The notes under the pieces are model-generated. The model had not been told where the DNA came from, searched no databases, and saw only the letters and a list, made by a program, of their open reading frames with translations. A stretch of 45,246 nt of DNA from a virus (Duplodnaviria; Caudoviricetes). The stretch is taken from IMG/VR virus record IMGVR_UViG_3300015050_000992, positions 1 to 45,246 of that record; one strand, written 5' to 3'. Both the position numbers and the translations under genes were made by a program. Shown one piece after another: positions 41,780 through 45,246 of this stretch. Each line of letters starts with the position of its first letter. Position 1 is the first letter of the stretch.

Positions 41780-43239
41780 TCCCATACGGTCCCCTCGCTC
41801 CCGATGCCGGCGAACTCGAGCCGGGCATCTGCCTCGTCGCTGACGGCGTTTTGCCCCAGCCGGTAGGGTATGGCCCGGCACCAGCGCTGAACGTGGCTGT
41901 AGGGGCAGGAGCATTGGCTGACGACCCGCGCGGTGTGGTGTCGGTGGTCAAGAACGACGGCACCTGGCAGGTGTACGGCTTCACGGCGACCGAAGCCTAC
42001 AGCATGGGCGCCGATTACACGTGGACGGCGCTCACGGCCACGCTGAACGTCACGGCAGGCGATGACGTGTCGGCCATCCACTTCGGCGACTACCTGCTGA
42101 TGACCAACACCACGGATGGGCTCGAGAGCTACAACGTCGAGACGCCTGCCGGGTTTTCGGCCATTGCCGATGCGGGAGATCCCCGGTTCATCTTCACTTT
42201 CGCCAACAAGGTGTTTGGCCTCGATTGCCTCGATGACCAGGGCAACCGGGACAACCGACTGATCCGCAATTCTGACGACAACGACTTTACCAACTGGACG
42301 ACGCGGGCTGCCGACTATCAACCCCTTGCCGATGGCGGGGCGCTGCTGTTCGGGGCGGACCTGAAGGAAGGCGCTGCCCTGGTGCTGCAAGAGCGCGCGG
42401 TGCGGCTGCTGCAGTTCGGCAATGCCGGTGGCGGCGCGCAGTACTCGCTGCACACGGTATCCAGCGAACTCGGCTCGGTTGGGGCACGATCGTGCGTTCC
42501 GTACGATGGCGCAGTGTATTGGCTGGCGACGGACGGCTTTCGGCAGTTCACCATGGGCGGCGGTATCAAGACCATCGGCGCCGGCAAGATCGATGAGTGG
42601 TTCTTCAACAATGTCGACCAGGGCGCGCTGCAGCTCGTGCAGGGGCAGGTGGACCCGTTTACCAAAATGATCTGGTGGCGCTTCAAGGCGCAGGGCGCTT
42701 CGTCCGATGTGATCTTCGACCGGATGATCGGCTATTCGTGGCAATGGGACCGCTGGGTCACCAACTCGGTACAGACGACCTATCTCGCCAATCTCGCTAC
42801 TCCCGGCGTGACGCTCGACAGCATGGACAGCTACGGCGTTCTCGACAGCATCGATATTCCGCTGGATAGCCGCGCCTTTCAGGGCGGGCAGCCGCTGTTC
42901 GGTGCGCTCGACAGCACGGCAAAGTTCGGCACGTTCTCGGGCGGCAACCAGGCGGCAATCCTGACCACCAGCACGACCAACAGCCCGGTTACGACGCTGA
43001 TTGGCTGGGCAACGCCGATCGATGATGCTTCGGCCGGCACGCTAGAGCTAGGCGTCAAGGATGAACCCGCCGACTCCATCACGTGGAAGACTGGCGCGGC
43101 GAAGGTCTCGAGCGGGCGGGCACCATTGCGGGGCAGGGGCAAGAACATCGCGTTCCGGCGTCAGGTGTCGGCTTCAGCGACTTGGACCTATGCGCGGGGC
43201 GTTGACCACGTGCAGAGCGCAGGCGGTGGCGTGCGATGA
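41776..43239 (+). CDS. Tail nozzle (beta-propeller-like)
   Basis: 487 aa beta-rich protein after the adaptor; YW...DGF and IG..KID.WF motifs. Confidence 0.7.
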   Translation: MIPYGPLAPDAGELEPGICLVADGVLPQPVGYGPAPALNVAVGAGALADDPRGVVSVVKNDGTWQVYGFTATEAYSMGADYTWTALTATLNVTAGDDVSAIHFGDYLLMTNTTDGLESYNVETPAGFSAIADAGDPRFIFTFANKVFGLDCLDDQGNRDNRLIRNSDDNDFTNWTTRAADYQPLADGGALLFGADLKEGAALVLQERAVRLLQFGNAGGGAQYSLHTVSSELGSVGARSCVPYDGAVYWLATDGFRQFTMGGGIKTIGAGKIDEWFFNNVDQGALQLVQGQVDPFTKMIWWRFKAQGASSDVIFDRMIGYSWQWDRWVTNSVQTTYLANLATPGVTLDSMDSYGVLDSIDIPLDSRAFQGGQPLFGALDSTAKFGTFSGGNQAAILTTSTTNSPVTTLIGWATPIDDASAGTLELGVKDEPADSITWKTGAAKVSSGRAPLRGRGKNIAFRRQVSASATWTYARGVDHVQSAGGGVR

Positions 43240-43577
43240 GCATTCTTGTTGCCGGCCAGCCGCAGACAGAATGGTCCCGCCTCACGGACAACACGGCGAC
43301 GGTGATTTACACCGCGGATAAGCGCACTACGATCACGGCAATCGCGGCTACCGAGAACAACGGCGGTACCCCGACACTGGCGATATGGCGCCTCAAGGGT
43401 GCGACATCCTACTTCCTCCGCAGCACGCTAGCGGTGACGGCGCGGCAGCGGGTGCTGATCGATGAAGTGCTGGTGCTGGATCAGGGCGACATCCTCAAGG
43501 CGCAGTCCAACGATGCCTCCGGGCATTTCGACATCACCGTAACGCACCTCGCTCCGAGCGCACTTCAGAACCGCTGA
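43236..43577 (+). CDS. Small tail/virion protein
   Basis: LVL..GD.L.A motif; ATGA overlap. Confidence 0.6.
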   Translation: MSILVAGQPQTEWSRLTDNTATVIYTADKRTTITAIAATENNGGTPTLAIWRLKGATSYFLRSTLAVTARQRVLIDEVLVLDQGDILKAQSNDASGHFDITVTHLAPSALQNR

Positions 43578-43876
43578 TGCAGATCCAGCCGATTGGCGTG
43601 GTCAGGCCCGGTATTCGGGTCTTCATCCGGCTTGAGGCCTACGAAGACAACGGGCAGGTCGTCTGCCTCATTCACACGCTGAGCGGGACCATCTCGCTTG
43701 GTCCGAAAGCATGGCTCAAAGCCGTGCGCGACGAAATCGGCAAACTCGAACGAATAGCCAAGGCGGCCGGATGCGCGGAAATGCGCGTCGAGGGTCGCGA
43801 TTGGTCGCGAATATTGCCCGGGTACACCCACTGGCCGGCCGGCGAAGGCCATGGACTGAGAAAGGCGCTCATCTAA
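43577..43876 (+). CDS. GNAT-like hypothetical protein
   Basis: E..AK..GC......GR.W.R.L.GY pattern; precedes the ejection genes. Confidence 0.55.
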   Translation: MQIQPIGVVRPGIRVFIRLEAYEDNGQVVCLIHTLSGTISLGPKAWLKAVRDEIGKLERIAKAAGCAEMRVEGRDWSRILPGYTHWPAGEGHGLRKALI

Positions 43877-44568
43877 TGGGTTCCAGCACGAACAAGACGA
43901 CCACCACCAGTGGTTCGGCAAGTCCACAGGTCACTGCGACCGTCAACAAGCTCGCGACGGGCATTGGCAACGCATATACCCCCGGTGCGTCGTCCTATGT
44001 GGCACCGTCATCGACCACCAGTGGCGGCTGGCAGAACTCGCTCGATGCGGCCAATAACTCCGGCTTCAACAGCGGCATTGCCGGGGCTCTCTCGTCCTAT
44101 GGCAATCGCGCGGCTGGCAATGAACTCGGCCTCAACGATCCGCTCTATGCTCAGCAGCGCCAAACCCTCACCGATGACACGCTGACCGGCGTCAATTCAA
44201 TCTTCACCGGCTCGGGGCGGTTTGGGTCCGGCTCGCATGTCGGCACAGCCTCGCGGGGCTTGGCCAACGCGCTAGGCGGGCTGGACACACAGCAGCGCAA
44301 CGAAAGCTACGGACGCCAGTCGGAGGCGGCAAACCTTCTCCCCTCGCTCTTTGCGGCCGGCCAGCTTCCATCCTCGATCCAGCAGAGCGTCGGTGCTTCG
44401 ATGGATGCCGACAAGAAGGCACAGGAAGGTGGCGTGTGGGACTACCTCAACCGCGCCACTGGCACGCTCAGCGGGGCTGCGGGCTCGGCGGGTACCAACA
44501 CGACCACAAGCACTCCGACAGCTCCATTATGGCAGCAATTACTTGGGGTTGGGCTCAACTTCTTATGA
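43876..44568 (+). CDS. Putative DNA ejection (pilot) protein
   Basis: MGSS..TTTT start, VNS.F..SGRFGSG.H motif, G-rich hydrophobic C-terminus. Confidence 0.65.
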   Translation: MGSSTNKTTTTSGSASPQVTATVNKLATGIGNAYTPGASSYVAPSSTTSGGWQNSLDAANNSGFNSGIAGALSSYGNRAAGNELGLNDPLYAQQRQTLTDDTLTGVNSIFTGSGRFGSGSHVGTASRGLANALGGLDTQQRNESYGRQSEAANLLPSLFAAGQLPSSIQQSVGASMDADKKAQEGGVWDYLNRATGTLSGAAGSAGTNTTTSTPTAPLWQQLLGVGLNFL

Positions 44569-44583
44569 TGAAGGTGAACTGAA

Positions 44584-45246
44584 ATGGGCATCGCATCGCT
44601 GCTCCTCGGCGAGAACAACCCGTTCGCCCAGTGGACCAATCAGAACCAGAACCTGCTCGGCGCGATTGGTGCTGGGCTGGGGCAGGGCCAGAACATTCAG
44701 GGCGGGTTGGCTGCTGGTCTCGCTGCAGCACCGCAGGCGAAGCAGCTTGACCTTGCCGCATCGGAGAAGATGAAGGCCGAGAAGCTTGCCGAACAGCAGG
44801 CCAACGCCACCCAGAATTGGCTGCAGTCCAATCACCCGGATCTAGCGCAGATGGTACAGGCTGGAATGCCTGTGTCGGAAGCATGGTCGACGGCTATGCA
44901 GCGGATGCAGCCCAATGCCGGCATGAAGCCGATGGAGATCAACGGCCAACTTGTTGATCCTTCTACGGGTAAGGTCATCGGTGACTACCGTGATCAGGCA
45001 GGCAACAGCATCAAGCCTATCGAGGTCAATGGTCAGCTCGTAGACCCTAATACGTACGAAGTGCTTGGGGACTTCCGAACCGCTGAGGGCGGATCTGGTG
45101 GCGTCGAGTACGGTGTAAACCCGATCTATGGCCGACTGGATGACGGCACCATGGGTATGGGCGTTGTCGGAAAAGACGGCAGCTTCAAAAAGGTCGACAC
45201 CGGTGGCCTACAGGTACTCGGTCCCTACGACACCAACGCATTGAAG
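44584..45246 (+). CDS. 5' part of the ejection protein that continues at 1..636
   Basis: Open to the window end; two KP.E.NGQLVDP.T..V.GD.R repeats. Confidence 0.7.
   Translation, partial: MGIASLLLGENNPFAQWTNQNQNLLGAIGAGLGQGQNIQGGLAAGLAAAPQAKQLDLAASEKMKAEKLAEQQANATQNWLQSNHPDLAQMVQAGMPVSEAWSTAMQRMQPNAGMKPMEINGQLVDPSTGKVIGDYRDQAGNSIKPIEVNGQLVDPNTYEVLGDFRTAEGGSGGVEYGVNPIYGRLDDGTMGMGVVGKDGSFKKVDTGGLQVLGPYDTNALK
45124..45246. repeat. Terminal direct repeat, copy 2
   Basis: Identical to 1-123. Confidence 0.97.

Overview
The window is one complete, circularly assembled temperate phage genome of about 45,123 bp: bases 1-123 are repeated exactly at 45124-45246, and one gene reads through that junction. 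The virion module is podovirus-type, with P22-family terminase, portal, scaffold, DUF5309/SU10-type capsid, adaptor, nozzle, ejection proteins and two tail fibres; no tape measure or sheath gene is seen. The host is inferred to be an alphaproteobacterium (Rhizobiales-like) from a GAAC-N7-GAAC LexA box, a GapR-like gene and a tRNA-Gln attP core. Layout: ejection/tail/lysis genes (+, 1-9.5 kb); accessory genes, attP, int/xis and the recombination arm (-, 9.5-21.7 kb); immunity region (21.7-23.5 kb); early right operon and replication (23.5-31.7 kb); packaging, head and tail (31.8-45.2 kb). Most notable: (1) a roughly 345-nt densely base-paired candidate ncRNA in the immunity region, followed by a LexA-boxed gene antisense to a peptidase-less repressor; (2) an initiator-type tRNA-Met and a hairpin array lying inside a GapR/Zn-finger ORF; (3) a two-gene VUT transporter plus TGT/DpdA-like cassette bounded by junction repeats; (4) an attP carrying the 5' half of tRNA-Gln; (5) a C5 methyltransferase with a nested out-of-frame second subunit; (6) a split or frameshifted terL. 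All calls come from reading motifs by eye; no database searches or folding programs were run.
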